Positions 1 to 10,653 are shown, counted from the stretch's first letter. The stretch is DNA of 64,000 bases from Bacteroidia bacterium (GCA_965216465.1 CBDCFW010000006.1:256001-320000), one strand, 5' to 3'. The notes: generated by a model not told the origin, from the letters alone. Made by a program: numbers and translations.

Positions 1-996
1 TACTGGATAGTTATATTAATCACAATATTGATTGCTGGGTGTTTTAAGGAAGACAATCGAATTCCGCCATCACCTACAAATAACATCAGCTTGCACAACG
101 ATTTTGAGCATAATCAATTTGTATACCTGAGCCTTAACAACAATCTGCAGATTAAAGATAACGCTGACAACAAATGGCACCTACGCTTTCAAAACGAAGA
201 ACGTGGCTGGAATATCTATGTTAACCCACTCGAGCGCACCACAGTTTCTAAGACTTCAATCACAGACTTTGAATCAATTGACCTTTCGTTTAATGTTGCG
301 AATTTGGAATGGCAAACTGATGCTCCTACCCACTTGGGCATAAATCCTGCAATTGGAGAATGGGGTGACTTTTCTTATAACACCCCAAAATCTTTTAAAA
401 ATGTATACATACTTAGGGTTAAAAACGACATCAGTGCTCGATTCTATAAACTTCAAATTCTTGACGCAGGGCTTAATCAATATACCTTAAGATATGGAAC
501 CCTTAATGGCGACATTGACACGGTAATTAACGTAATTAAAGATCCAATTTTTAAGCACTCATTCTTAGAAATAGATAGCATCCCGTTTCAGAAATTTATT
601 GAACCAGCTATTGACCAATGGAATCTATGCCTAACCTATATTACCGATTCAATTGCTAGAAATGGAGACCATCCGCACATACCGACGATAAATGAGTACT
701 ATGGTGTGTATAGTACATTCTTGTTGAATCATAGCTACAATGAAATTACAATAGATAGCTCTCATGAGTACAACGACATTGATTTTTTCTTAGCTCGAAA
801 ATTGGAATATCAGAAAATAGAGCAATTGAACAACTATCTCATTTCATGGGATGAAGAAGAAAATAAACCAACGATTAATGACAAGGTAACTCTGATCATT
901 AAAAACAATGACTCCTACTATGCAATCAAAGCCACCCAAATTGTCGGGAATTATCCATTCCAATTTGATTTGGGTTTTAAAATCAAAAAGCTTTAG
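1..996 (+). CDS. HmuY-like lipoprotein, 5'-partial
   Basis: Frame is open from base 1 (YWIVILITILIAGC, lipobox AG-C). WHLRF, YKLQILD and EP..DQWNLCLT motifs resemble the Bacteroidota HmuY family. Confidence 0.55.
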   Translation, partial: YWIVILITILIAGCFKEDNRIPPSPTNNISLHNDFEHNQFVYLSLNNNLQIKDNADNKWHLRFQNEERGWNIYVNPLERTTVSKTSITDFESIDLSFNVANLEWQTDAPTHLGINPAIGEWGDFSYNTPKSFKNVYILRVKNDISARFYKLQILDAGLNQYTLRYGTLNGDIDTVINVIKDPIFKHSFLEIDSIPFQKFIEPAIDQWNLCLTYITDSIARNGDHPHIPTINEYYGVYSTFLLNHSYNEITIDSSHEYNDIDFFLARKLEYQKIEQLNNYLISWDEEENKPTINDKVTLIIKNNDSYYAIKATQIVGNYPFQFDLGFKIKKL

Positions 997-2318
997 CCGA
1001 TAAACGAGAAATCTGCTCCGTCAAACTTTCCAGAGCTCATGAGTAGGATATTGTCACCTTGGTCAAACGCTTGTTTGACAAGTTGCTCAATAGTCTTGAC
1101 CTTGGTAACCACCTTTACATTTCCGAAGCAAGAACGCACGTAATCTTCTGAAAGTGGTTCCATTTTTTTATGCTCAAACACAGCAGCATTATAAAATACA
1201 ATTGCTTCGTTTGCACCATTCATTGCATCTTTATACAGAGGAAGAAAATCCTTGTTTAAACTGCTAAACGTATGCAATTCAAAAAGTGCAAACAGGTTAT
1301 TCTCGTATGTTTCTTGAACAGCATTTACCGTAGCTTTTAGTTTAGAAGGAGAATGTGCAAAATCTCGGTAAGCAACTTGACCGTCTGCATCAAAAATTTT
1401 CTCCATTCGTCGACCTGCACCATCAAAAGAAGCAATTGCCGTAAAGAAATCGTGTCTCGTTATTCCTAGCTGTTCACATACCAAAGAAGCGGCTTCGAGG
1501 TTTTGGAGATTGTGCTTGCCTACCACATTCAACTCATATTCTTTGCCTTCGCTTTCAAGTGTGACCTGACCGTCATTAACTTCATGTGATGGTGTAACAT
1601 AAGCTTGGTTATTCACAGAAGTAGATTTCGCAATTTTTTCTAAATATTCGTCGCCCTCAAACCAAAAATACACTCCTTCTGGTTCGTGGGTTTCTACAAA
1701 TATCTTGAACGTATCTACATAAGAATCGAACGTTGGAAAGACGTTTATATGATCATATGCAATTCCTGTGATGATGGAAACATGAGGGTGATACCAAACA
1801 AATTTTGAGCGAAGATCCATTGGTGAAGATAAATATTCATCGCCTTCTATAATGATCAAGGGAGCATCGGATAACTGAACAGATAAATCCAAACCTTCAA
1901 TTGAAGAACCCACTAAATAATCAAATTCAAAATTTAATTTTTTAAGAACATGAATAATCATTGCTGTGGTGGTAGTTTTTCCGTGACTTCCTGCCACAAC
2001 AACCCGCTTTTTATCCTTACACTCGTTTGCAACAAACTCTGGAAAAGACATGATTTTTAAGTTAAGTTCTTTGGCCTTAGCTAGCTCTGGATTATCAGCA
2101 CGAGCATGCATTCCTAGAATAACAACATCTATATCAGCGGTGATATTATCAGCGTTCCACCCTACTTCCGGCAATAACCCTTCTCGGTCAAGATTTGATC
2201 GTGCAGGATCGTAAATAGCATCGTCGCTTCCAGTTACTTGATAGCCTTTTCTGTGTAACGCAAGTGCCATATTGTGCATTATAGCACCTCCAATTGCAAT
2301 TAAATGTACTTTCTTCAA
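993..2318 (-). CDS. mpl: Murein peptide ligase (Mpl/MurC family)
   Basis: HLIAIGGAIMHNMA, VAGSHGKTTTT P-loop, IEGDEY, DFAHSPSK motifs. Confidence 0.85.
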   Translation of the reverse strand: MKKVHLIAIGGAIMHNMALALHRKGYQVTGSDDAIYDPARSNLDREGLLPEVGWNADNITADIDVVILGMHARADNPELAKAKELNLKIMSFPEFVANECKDKKRVVVAGSHGKTTTTAMIIHVLKKLNFEFDYLVGSSIEGLDLSVQLSDAPLIIIEGDEYLSSPMDLRSKFVWYHPHVSIITGIAYDHINVFPTFDSYVDTFKIFVETHEPEGVYFWFEGDEYLEKIAKSTSVNNQAYVTPSHEVNDGQVTLESEGKEYELNVVGKHNLQNLEAASLVCEQLGITRHDFFTAIASFDGAGRRMEKIFDADGQVAYRDFAHSPSKLKATVNAVQETYENNLFALFELHTFSSLNKDFLPLYKDAMNGANEAIVFYNAAVFEHKKMEPLSEDYVRSCFGNVKVVTKVKTIEQLVKQAFDQGDNILLMSSGKFDGADFSFIG

Positions 2319-2365
2319 TACTTAAATATTACTTTTATCGTTATACGAAAATAAATTCTAACCGT

Positions 2366-2587
2366 ATGCAAAAAATAGTATTTGTAGGCATCATCCTTAT
2401 CATTGGCTTATTTAGTTTACAATATGTAGTTTCAGGCTACTATACGGCCAAGTTTGAGTCGGAGTCACTTCCTGCAAATAATTTTGCAACCCAAACCAAT
2501 GACAGACCCATAAAACAAGTTGTATATCTTACAGCTCAAGACTCTGTTATTTTTATCATTCCAGAAGAGGAATTCAAGAAACTCTAA
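2366..2587 (+). CDS. Small hypothetical protein with N-terminal membrane helix (73 aa)
   Basis: ATG at 2366 gives MQKIVFVGIILIIGLFSL and avoids overlap with mpl. Confidence 0.5.
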   Translation: MQKIVFVGIILIIGLFSLQYVVSGYYTAKFESESLPANNFATQTNDRPIKQVVYLTAQDSVIFIIPEEEFKKL

Positions 2588-2629
2588 AATCGACTGCAAC
2601 AAAGTGAGATAAAACTTACTTTTGTTCCA

Positions 2630-3550
2630 ATGATTTCCATTATCCTTCCTGTTTACAACGAAGAATCGGGATTAGCTGATTTTATACAAGATCTAGAACA
2701 AGAGTTAGGAATGCTCGATCGGTCTTACGAAATTATCATGGTAAACGATGGGAGTTCTGACCAATCTCTTGAAATTATAAAACAAATTTGCTCGAAAAAC
2801 GAAGCTTATAAGTATATAGACCTTAGTCGAAATTTTGGTCACCAGATTGCAGTTTCTGCTGGTATTGATTATGCAAAAGGAGATTTGGTTGTGCTTATGG
2901 ACAGCGACGGGCAAGATCCACCTGCAGTAATTGGCCAAATGCTCAATAAAATTGAAGAAGGCCACGACGTTGTTTACGCCAAAAGAGTAAAGCGCGAGGA
3001 TGAATCTTTTGTAAAAAAGGCAACCGCCAGTATGTTTTACAAGCTACTTAACAAGATTACATCAATAGAAATTCCTGTAGACACCGGTGATTTTAGAGTG
3101 ATGAACAGAAAAGTGGTAAACGCCCTCAAACAAATGCCCGAAAAGCAACGTTATTTAAGAGGTCAAATCGCATGGTTAGGTTACAGACAGAGCTATGTTG
3201 AATATGAGCGGTTAGGGCGAAATGCTGGAGACACGAAATACACCTATCGGAAGATGTTCAGATTGGCACTGGATGCCATCACTTCATTCTCTAACTGGCC
3301 ATTAAGACTTGCGACTATATCAGGATTTGTTTGTGCCTTTATCGGATTGATACTAATCTTATATACGCTATATGCTCGATTTGTACTTAAGCAATATGAG
3401 CCTGGATGGCCATCACTAATGATTACCATTGTATTCCTTGGAGGGATTCAATTGTTAGGGATTGGGATGATTGGAGAATACATCAGTCGGATTAACGACA
3501 ATGTGAAGAATAGACCACTTTACCTCATTGGGGAAACAAATATTGAGTAA
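2630..3550 (+). CDS. Family 2 glycosyltransferase (GtrB/YkoT-like polyprenol-phosphate glycosyltransferase)
   Basis: IILPVYNEE, NDGSSD, LSRNFGHQ, MDSDGQDPP, DTGDFR and two C-terminal TM helices. Confidence 0.9.
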   Translation: MISIILPVYNEESGLADFIQDLEQELGMLDRSYEIIMVNDGSSDQSLEIIKQICSKNEAYKYIDLSRNFGHQIAVSAGIDYAKGDLVVLMDSDGQDPPAVIGQMLNKIEEGHDVVYAKRVKREDESFVKKATASMFYKLLNKITSIEIPVDTGDFRVMNRKVVNALKQMPEKQRYLRGQIAWLGYRQSYVEYERLGRNAGDTKYTYRKMFRLALDAITSFSNWPLRLATISGFVCAFIGLILILYTLYARFVLKQYEPGWPSLMITIVFLGGIQLLGIGMIGEYISRINDNVKNRPLYLIGETNIE

Positions 3551-4113
3551 TGCATTTAATTGAACCATTTTATCTGTGGCGTGACATTTATAATTCGGAG
3601 CAAGATCCGCACGCCCTAAATTATGGTACAGAATACTCTGAATTTCATTTCACAAACAAAATTTACAACTACTTGATTCACCCGCAATGGGATAGTTTTG
3701 GTAGTGAGACCTTGTTCTATAAGCAACTCTTTGTTGACTACGACAAATCATTTTGTGTTATAGAGTTAATTGGAGAATGGAACGATTGCATTTACAACGA
3801 CATTATGACCATGAAGTTTGAGCTCATAAATCCATTAATTGATCTTGGAATCACTGATTTCGTGTTGATCATGGAGAATGTGTTGAACTTTCACGGTGAC
3901 ATAGATGACTACTATGAAGAGTGGAAATCAGATATAGATGGCAACATTTACATGATTAACGCTCTCCCTCATGTTTTGGAAGAAATGAATGCTATTCGCA
4001 TACACCAATATGTGAATTTTGGAGGAATCTTAAACGAGATTGATTGGCGTTTGCAAAAGCCCCACAACTTACTCGAACACATCGAAGGAAAGTTTTTAGC
4101 AGAATATTTATAG
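3550..4113 (+). CDS. Conserved Bacteroidota hypothetical protein
   Basis: 187-aa ORF with IEPFY.W, IYNYLIHPQWD.FGSETL and ELIGEWND motifs; stop/start coupled (TAATG) to the upstream gene. Confidence 0.75.
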   Translation: MHLIEPFYLWRDIYNSEQDPHALNYGTEYSEFHFTNKIYNYLIHPQWDSFGSETLFYKQLFVDYDKSFCVIELIGEWNDCIYNDIMTMKFELINPLIDLGITDFVLIMENVLNFHGDIDDYYEEWKSDIDGNIYMINALPHVLEEMNAIRIHQYVNFGGILNEIDWRLQKPHNLLEHIEGKFLAEYL

Positions 4114-4154
4114 GCAGTGAATAATATCGGCGTATATTTCGAGGTTTTAACGCT

Positions 4155-7007
4155 TTGAAGGTAGATAAATACGCACGGTACAAGTTAATATTTAGCATCT
4201 CAAATCACCCGCAACTTGGTGTTTTAATAAATCCATATGTTGTAGAGTTTACACCCATTGGAACGCTATCATTAACCTTTCAGAAAGTGTTTTCTGGCAA
4301 TGCTTCCTATTACACAAGACTTTCGCCAAAAGAGCTAGATCTTATTGCTGTTCTTGATGACATCATGATTGAGAATATCGTTAGAACTTATTCTCCAGTT
4401 CAAAAAATAAGGCCGAAAGAATATTTCAAAAAGCACTTTGATGAGGATCTATTTAAATCAAAGATTCGTCCTCAAATAGAAGCAACAATTGTGAAGCTTC
4501 TTCGAAGGCTTGATGCCGATTTTGATGCACTCTATGTTGCCGATGACATTAATCCTGCAGCCAAGCAGGTATTGATTCAGAAGGATTTTACTAAAGTACT
4601 TTTTCACTTTAGGCGAAATGAAAATGGCACATCCTACTTCGTAACGTTGAAACACGACGATGAGAAAGTATTGTTCATGAAACAACGTGGATTATTACTC
4701 TCAAAAAAACCTGCAAATCTGGTAGTAAATCAGCGGTTGTATAAATTTTACGACTTTGTCGACGGAGGCAAATTGGCGATATTTTTAAACCGCAAGTTCA
4801 TCCACATAAAGCCAGAAAGCGAAGAGAACTATTATGCGAAGTTTATTCGCCCGCTAATGGAAACTGCACCGGTTTTTGCACAAGGGTTTGATATTCAAAC
4901 TGAAAAAGTAAATGCAAGTCCAACCTTGTCACTAAAACAGGTTTCCAACCAAGTATTGTTTGAATTGAGGTTTAAATATGGAGAATCGTACTTTTCATAT
5001 AACCCGAAAAAGTTGTTTCATGTCGCCTTTGAATGGAATGATGCCAACCCTTTATTTACAAGATATAAAACATCAAAAACGTGGGAAACTAATCGCTTTC
5101 AAGCCTTATTATCGCTATCGCTTTCTGAAGTAGACAATCATTTATTATGCTACCAAGACGGATCAAAAGCTTCAGCAATGGATTGGCTTAGAGAACAAGC
5201 GGAAGTTTTACAATCTGCAGGATTTGAAGTTGATGCTAGTCTTGAAGTAAACTACAGTTTTGAAAAGCCCCAAATTCATTACACTATTTCAGACAATATC
5301 GATTGGTTCGATCTCGATATTAAAGTCACTGTAGGTGAATATGAAATTCCTTTCAAAAAGGTGGTTAATGAAATGAAGAAAGGCCGAACCGAAATGGAAT
5401 TGCCAAATGGTGATTTTTTCGTATTCCCAAAAGAATGGTTTGGCTTGGGTGAAGCACTAGCTCTTGCTAAATCTAACAAAGATCGCTTTGAAATAAAGAA
5501 ATATCAGCTAGACATTCTAAGTCTAATTCAGTCTGATAAAATCAAGAAGCACCTTTCGAAGGTCGTTAAAATCAAGAAAGAAAAACCTTCCTCACTATTC
5601 GATGGCAAACTTCGAAACTACCAACAAGACGGATTGAGCTGGTTAATGTTCTTATACAACAATCGATTTGGGGGCATCTTAGCTGACGACATGGGGCTGG
5701 GTAAAACGGTTCAAACCTTGGCATTTATTCAGCTGATAAATGAAAAGAAGAAGAAAGATCCAGACGTTACAATTCCATTTCTGCTTGTTGCTCCTACCTC
5801 TCTTCTTTACAATTGGCAAGCTGAAGCAAAACAGTTTACACGAGACCTCAAAGTAGCTATACATTCTGGGAACAGAAGAGCAAAGTCTATAGACGCTCTT
5901 CCAAATTGTGATATTCTAATTACCAGTTATGGTTTAGTGCGAAATGATTTTGAGCTACTATCTCAATTGCAATTTGAAGTTATCATTTTAGACGAAAGTC
6001 AAAACATCAAGAATAATCGCTCTAAAACAACTCAGTTTGCGAACAAGCTTATAGCAAAATGCAGACTTGCTTTAACAGGAACGCCCATAGAAAACTCGAT
6101 TAAAGACTTGTGGAGTCAAATGAATTTTCTAAATAAAGGATTACTCGGATCCTTAAATCACTTCACCGAAAAGTACGTTAAGCCTATTGAGAAAAAACAA
6201 AACAAAGAGGTTGCACAAGAATTACAAAAGTTGATTAAGCCGTTCTTATTGCGACGAACCAAAGAAGAAGTGGCCAAAGAGTTACCTCCACTGACCGAAA
6301 AAGTGATTTACTGCGAAATGTCTGAAGACCAATCGAGTGTTTATGAGGAGGTGAAATCGGAGTATAGAAACGCTTTATTGAATGTAAACGAGAACCAGTT
6401 CAAGAAAAACAAGCTCTCTATTCTTCAAGGGCTTTCGAAACTACGGCAAATTGCAAATCATCCAAAACTGGCTGATCCTGAATACTTGTCAGATAGTGGC
6501 AAGCATCGCATGTTGGTCGAGCACATTGTAACCGCCATTCAAGAGCATCACAAGGTTCTTGTATTTTCACAATTTGTAACCTACCTCGAATTAATTGAAG
6601 CTGAAGTCAAGAAATTAAAAATCCCTTATTTCAAACTAACAGGTGCTACTCCAAAAGAACAACGAGCTGACCAGGTTAAACAGTTTCAAGAAACAGAAAA
6701 CACACCTCTATTCTTAATTTCCTTAAAAGCTGGCGGCACGGGTCTAAACCTTACTTCAGCTGATTACGTATTTATAGTAGACCCGTGGTGGAACCCTGCG
6801 GCAGAGGCACAAGCCCGAGACAGAACTCATCGAATCGGCCAGGTGAAAAACGTGTTCAGTTACAAGTTCATTTCTAAAGATACCATTGAAGAAAAGATTG
6901 TTCAGCTTCAGCGCAAAAAGGAGAACTACTCAAAGGAAATAATAATTGCTGAAAATAACATAATACAGAATCTTGACATTAAAGACGTGCAAATGTTGCT
7001 AGCTTAA
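4155..7007 (+). CDS. SNF2-family helicase
   Basis: GILADDMGLGKT, DESQ, LTGTPIEN, ISLKAGGTGLNL, DPWWNPA, DRTHRIGQ motifs. Confidence 0.93.
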   Translation: MKVDKYARYKLIFSISNHPQLGVLINPYVVEFTPIGTLSLTFQKVFSGNASYYTRLSPKELDLIAVLDDIMIENIVRTYSPVQKIRPKEYFKKHFDEDLFKSKIRPQIEATIVKLLRRLDADFDALYVADDINPAAKQVLIQKDFTKVLFHFRRNENGTSYFVTLKHDDEKVLFMKQRGLLLSKKPANLVVNQRLYKFYDFVDGGKLAIFLNRKFIHIKPESEENYYAKFIRPLMETAPVFAQGFDIQTEKVNASPTLSLKQVSNQVLFELRFKYGESYFSYNPKKLFHVAFEWNDANPLFTRYKTSKTWETNRFQALLSLSLSEVDNHLLCYQDGSKASAMDWLREQAEVLQSAGFEVDASLEVNYSFEKPQIHYTISDNIDWFDLDIKVTVGEYEIPFKKVVNEMKKGRTEMELPNGDFFVFPKEWFGLGEALALAKSNKDRFEIKKYQLDILSLIQSDKIKKHLSKVVKIKKEKPSSLFDGKLRNYQQDGLSWLMFLYNNRFGGILADDMGLGKTVQTLAFIQLINEKKKKDPDVTIPFLLVAPTSLLYNWQAEAKQFTRDLKVAIHSGNRRAKSIDALPNCDILITSYGLVRNDFELLSQLQFEVIILDESQNIKNNRSKTTQFANKLIAKCRLALTGTPIENSIKDLWSQMNFLNKGLLGSLNHFTEKYVKPIEKKQNKEVAQELQKLIKPFLLRRTKEEVAKELPPLTEKVIYCEMSEDQSSVYEEVKSEYRNALLNVNENQFKKNKLSILQGLSKLRQIANHPKLADPEYLSDSGKHRMLVEHIVTAIQEHHKVLVFSQFVTYLELIEAEVKKLKIPYFKLTGATPKEQRADQVKQFQETENTPLFLISLKAGGTGLNLTSADYVFIVDPWWNPAAEAQARDRTHRIGQVKNVFSYKFISKDTIEEKIVQLQRKKENYSKEIIIAENNIIQNLDIKDVQMLLA

Positions 7008-7049
7008 CTTGAAAATAGCCTACATTTGGAACATTAACAATACTGCAAC

Positions 7050-7826
7050 ATGAAAAAAACACTTACTCTCTTATTGGTATTGTCTTTGGCAATAACAACT
7101 CAAGCACAAAAAACTGTAGACATTTCGTTAGACGAAATTGTAGCCCCTACAGAGCTAGTATCAACCCAGCAAGGTACCACAATTACTGCTTATTTCTCTT
7201 GTAAAAATAACGGAACTGAAACGATGCAAGTTGGCGACTCCCTTCTTTTTGGATTTGCAATTTGGAACCTAGCTGACAACCAGCTATTGTTTGGTGGGCC
7301 AAATGGAATTTTAGATCAATCTAACGGTTACATCATGCGATTACAAAAAACCCTTGCTCCGCAAGACACTGTTGGACTTAGGTTTACAATTAACTCTCAA
7401 TATTTTGTGAGAAATTCTCTAGACATTCGATTAGGTGGATGGTGCATGGTAGATATCAATTCTGATGTTACAACCTTTGACGATCCAGATACCGATAACA
7501 ATGGTAACTTTAGAGATATTACTTGGTGGAATGAATATAGAAATGGCGTTTCTGTTGATGAGATTCAGTACAATAACAACATGGCTGTTTACCCTAACCC
7601 AGCTTCTTCAATGTTGAACATCGAACTTCTTTTAACCCAATTTGATGATGTTAAAGTTGAATTAATCGATTTAAACGGTTCAGTTGTTTTATCTGAGAAT
7701 GTAAATTCAGCAATTAGCGAAAGAGCTTTTTCAGTTGATATTTCAGACATCGCAAACGGACTTTACATTGTTAAAGTTACCAACGGTGATCAAGTAAGTA
7801 CTAGCAAAGTAACAATTACTCACTAA
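7050..7826 (+). CDS. T9SS type-A sorting domain protein
   Basis: Signal peptide; C-terminal VYPNPAS...GLYIVKV...KVTITH. Confidence 0.85.
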   Translation: MKKTLTLLLVLSLAITTQAQKTVDISLDEIVAPTELVSTQQGTTITAYFSCKNNGTETMQVGDSLLFGFAIWNLADNQLLFGGPNGILDQSNGYIMRLQKTLAPQDTVGLRFTINSQYFVRNSLDIRLGGWCMVDINSDVTTFDDPDTDNNGNFRDITWWNEYRNGVSVDEIQYNNNMAVYPNPASSMLNIELLLTQFDDVKVELIDLNGSVVLSENVNSAISERAFSVDISDIANGLYIVKVTNGDQVSTSKVTITH

Positions 7827-7842
7827 GAGTTTAGAACATATT

Positions 7843-7878
7843 AAAAAGTCCTCGGTTCAAGCCGGGGATTTTTTTTTT
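7843..7878 (+). terminator. Intrinsic terminator
   Basis: Hairpin GTCCTCGG-TTCAAG-CCGGGGAT followed by a long T run. Confidence 0.8.
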
Positions 7879-7927
7879 GCATTCAACTTTCTGAATATAA
7901 TCTAATTCTTGCGTTATTTACAGGAAC

Positions 7928-7962
7928 AAAAAAATCCTCTCAAATGATTGAGAGGATTTTTT
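7928..7962 (-). terminator. Intrinsic terminator (bidirectional-looking)
   Basis: AAAAAAATCCTCTCAA-ATGA-TTGAGAGGATTTTTT inverted repeat downstream of the 8024..10579 gene. Confidence 0.8.
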
Positions 7963-8023
7963 CTAAAGCTTAACGCCCATGGCATTAAGCTAACGTGTTA
8001 ATTGGTTAGTCTAAGCTTAATAG

Positions 8024-10579
8024 CTAGTCTATCTGTATCATTATTGTTCTTGAAGAGAAACTACCGACTACTCGTACAGTGTATAATCCTGCACTTAAGC
8101 CTGTTGTTTCTGCATCACATTGTCCAATTCCGTCCCAAGAACCAATTACAGATCCTTGCAGATCTAATAATTCTACGTGAAGAACTTCTTCTGCATCTGC
8201 AGCTTTAATTGTAAAGTTACCTTTGGTTGGGTTTGGATATACCGAAACGTCAATTACTGATTCAAGATCTACCCGTACTACATCCGAATAGTCGAATTGA
8301 CCATCATAATCAATTTGCTTAATTCGGTAGTAAACGGTAGCTCCAGACTGAACATTGCGATCTACAAAGCTGTAATCGATTAACTCATTTGAGTTTCCAG
8401 CACCAAATATTTCACCCACTTTAACAAAGTCATCTTCTCCTTTAAACATTCTTTCAACTTCGAATGACTCATTGTTTAATTCAGAAGCGGTTGACCATTC
8501 AACAAGAATATCTGTTCCATTTATCGGCTTAGCTTTAACTCCAATAAATTCAACAGGAACTGCACCTAACCAAGTGTACCTGTACAGTGCAGAAGACTGA
8601 TCTTCTAAGCAAGATCCATCGACTACAGAATACATAATTTGAGCTTCCTGACAGCAGTAAATTTTAAAAGTAAGTAAGCTGTTGTCGAAACTTGTAATGG
8701 TATAAGGATTTGATTGCGATGGAGGATTTGTATTGTCGTCGCCCAAAGTAATTTGAGTTCCGTTGTACCATACTTCATTGCTATCGTTTAACGGAAGGCC
8801 AGTAATCCATACTTCATCTAATGTAAATGGTGTTCCATCTTCGTTATCTTCTCCTCTTAAGTCGAAGAATGAATTTTGACCTGGGTCGTTTCCAACACCA
8901 AACTCAATTCCTATTGTTATCTCCTCACCGAAATAAGGTTTATTAATTTGCTGTGTATATGAGATTGCATCAGGACGCTCGTTAATTCCAAAGTTTGCAT
9001 CGGTAACATGAGCTCCACTAACAGATATTCCAGAAAGCTCACCATCTGTTGATCCATCGGTTCCTGTTCCTGTTCCTAATTTTTCTCCAGTAAATGCCCA
9101 AGTTCCAGGTAAATCAGAAGTATTTCCTGTTGAACCTACTGTAGGTGCACTGGTTTTGATTAAAACATCAAATGTTCCATTTGGTCCACACGAAAATTCA
9201 TATGATCCATCACCAGCAACGGCCACGCTTTCAACTACTTCTCCAGATCCGTTTACAAGAACAGCATAAAGTTGCGAACCGTCAGGGTTATTAATTCCTG
9301 AGCCGTCAACTTCGTTATCTACACAAACTCCATCAACATCGTGAAATACATTTCCAGAGATGCGGTGTTCAATGTCAATAACAGCGGTATCGTATTGCGT
9401 ACAACCTGTTCTTGGAGAATAGGTATAAACAATTGAATAACTACCACTAGCAGTAGGACCAACAGTTATGTCTCCAGTTGTTCCATTAATTGCTACTCCA
9501 GAAGCAGCAGGAGAAATCGTAAAGCTTCCTCCGTCAGTACTTGCAGGACCCGAGTTGGTTGGAGAATATACTCCACCATCTTTACAAATAGTTGGATAAC
9601 TGATATCTGCAACTCCAACATTCAATACCAATTGAATTGGTGCAATCATGTCTTTCAAGTCTGCATTTGACGAGCTAGAAGATTTAGTTTTAACAAATAC
9701 GGTTTCAAAAAGTAAACCTGTACAAGGGTCTGTGTTAATTGAACCATCTACCATGTTTGTAACATTGATAGCTGCTTCCACAAACTGAATTGAAGTATAT
9801 GCACTTAATCCAAAAGCGGAATATGGAGCATTAATTGAGGCTGTGTTCGAATAGCCAAAAGCATCTGCAGATGATATGGTAAAAGCTTCCCAGTCGTATC
9901 CGCATGTTGCTGACACGCTAGCCGCCCAGCGATAGAAGTAAATACTGTCTACAGAACCTCCATTGGTATACTCTACTGTAACCAATAGATCTCCTATAGT
10001 ACGACCGCAATCTGTACCTGATGTCGTAAATGAACCGCTACTTCCTCCTGAAGGAGCAACAGCTGTAATTCCATTCTGGTAAAATTCAAAATCTATATAG
10101 CTCGTACCTGTTATAGTATACCGGTCTCCAGCCATAATAGCCCACAAGTCACCAGTTGCCTTGTCATTCGAAATATGAATGTTTGCATTGTTCATTTCGT
10201 CTTTGTTTGGAACACTACCGTATTTCCATCCCCAGGTGGTAGGATTGGCGTTAGATTTGTTTCCACCATTAAAGACGTCGTCTGTACCACTGCCTGGCGT
10301 GTTGTACAAATCGCTGATATGATAAGTGAGAGGCATGTCGCGGGTATTTCCATTATCGAATAATACTGATCCGCTATCGGTGCCATTAGTTTGTGACCCT
10401 TTGGTCCAATCACCATACAATGAGCTTTGTCTTTCGATAAAGCCATCAATGTTAAAAGGAAGGTCAATTGATTCTAAAGTTGGAGTTTGACTCGAACTTT
10501 GAGCATTAGATAAGTTAGGGATTAAAATGAAAGATAGGAGCATTCCTATGCTAGCTAATCCAAGTAATAATTTCTTCAT
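8024..10579 (-). CDS. Large T9SS type-A cargo protein (surface or adhesin-like)
   Basis: Signal peptide; Gly/Ser/Thr/Asp-rich beta domains; SdrD-like ISGNVFHD; PVEF...WSTASELNN.FEVER...YYRIKQID.DG; YPNP C-terminal domain. Confidence 0.85.
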   Translation of the reverse strand: MKKLLLGLASIGMLLSFILIPNLSNAQSSSQTPTLESIDLPFNIDGFIERQSSLYGDWTKGSQTNGTDSGSVLFDNGNTRDMPLTYHISDLYNTPGSGTDDVFNGGNKSNANPTTWGWKYGSVPNKDEMNNANIHISNDKATGDLWAIMAGDRYTITGTSYIDFEFYQNGITAVAPSGGSSGSFTTSGTDCGRTIGDLLVTVEYTNGGSVDSIYFYRWAASVSATCGYDWEAFTISSADAFGYSNTASINAPYSAFGLSAYTSIQFVEAAINVTNMVDGSINTDPCTGLLFETVFVKTKSSSSSNADLKDMIAPIQLVLNVGVADISYPTICKDGGVYSPTNSGPASTDGGSFTISPAASGVAINGTTGDITVGPTASGSYSIVYTYSPRTGCTQYDTAVIDIEHRISGNVFHDVDGVCVDNEVDGSGINNPDGSQLYAVLVNGSGEVVESVAVAGDGSYEFSCGPNGTFDVLIKTSAPTVGSTGNTSDLPGTWAFTGEKLGTGTGTDGSTDGELSGISVSGAHVTDANFGINERPDAISYTQQINKPYFGEEITIGIEFGVGNDPGQNSFFDLRGEDNEDGTPFTLDEVWITGLPLNDSNEVWYNGTQITLGDDNTNPPSQSNPYTITSFDNSLLTFKIYCCQEAQIMYSVVDGSCLEDQSSALYRYTWLGAVPVEFIGVKAKPINGTDILVEWSTASELNNESFEVERMFKGEDDFVKVGEIFGAGNSNELIDYSFVDRNVQSGATVYYRIKQIDYDGQFDYSDVVRVDLESVIDVSVYPNPTKGNFTIKAADAEEVLHVELLDLQGSVIGSWDGIGQCDAETTGLSAGLYTVRVVGSFSSRTIMIQID

Positions 10580-10645
10580 TATAAATTAATTAAGGTTACT
10601 ATTGAACTAAGGTTAAATACGTTCGATACCCGTAGGCATCTCGAA

Positions 10646-10653
10646 CAAAAATA
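10646..10653 (-). promoter_or_regulatory. Bacteroidota primary-sigma -7 element (TATTTTTG)
   Basis: Matches TAnnTTTG on the minus strand, 66 nt upstream of the 10579 start. Confidence 0.55.

Noticed and set aside
4155-7007. SNF2 helicase as a defence-system component
   Set aside because: Standard Bacteroidota stand-alone SNF2 with no neighbouring methylase or nuclease.
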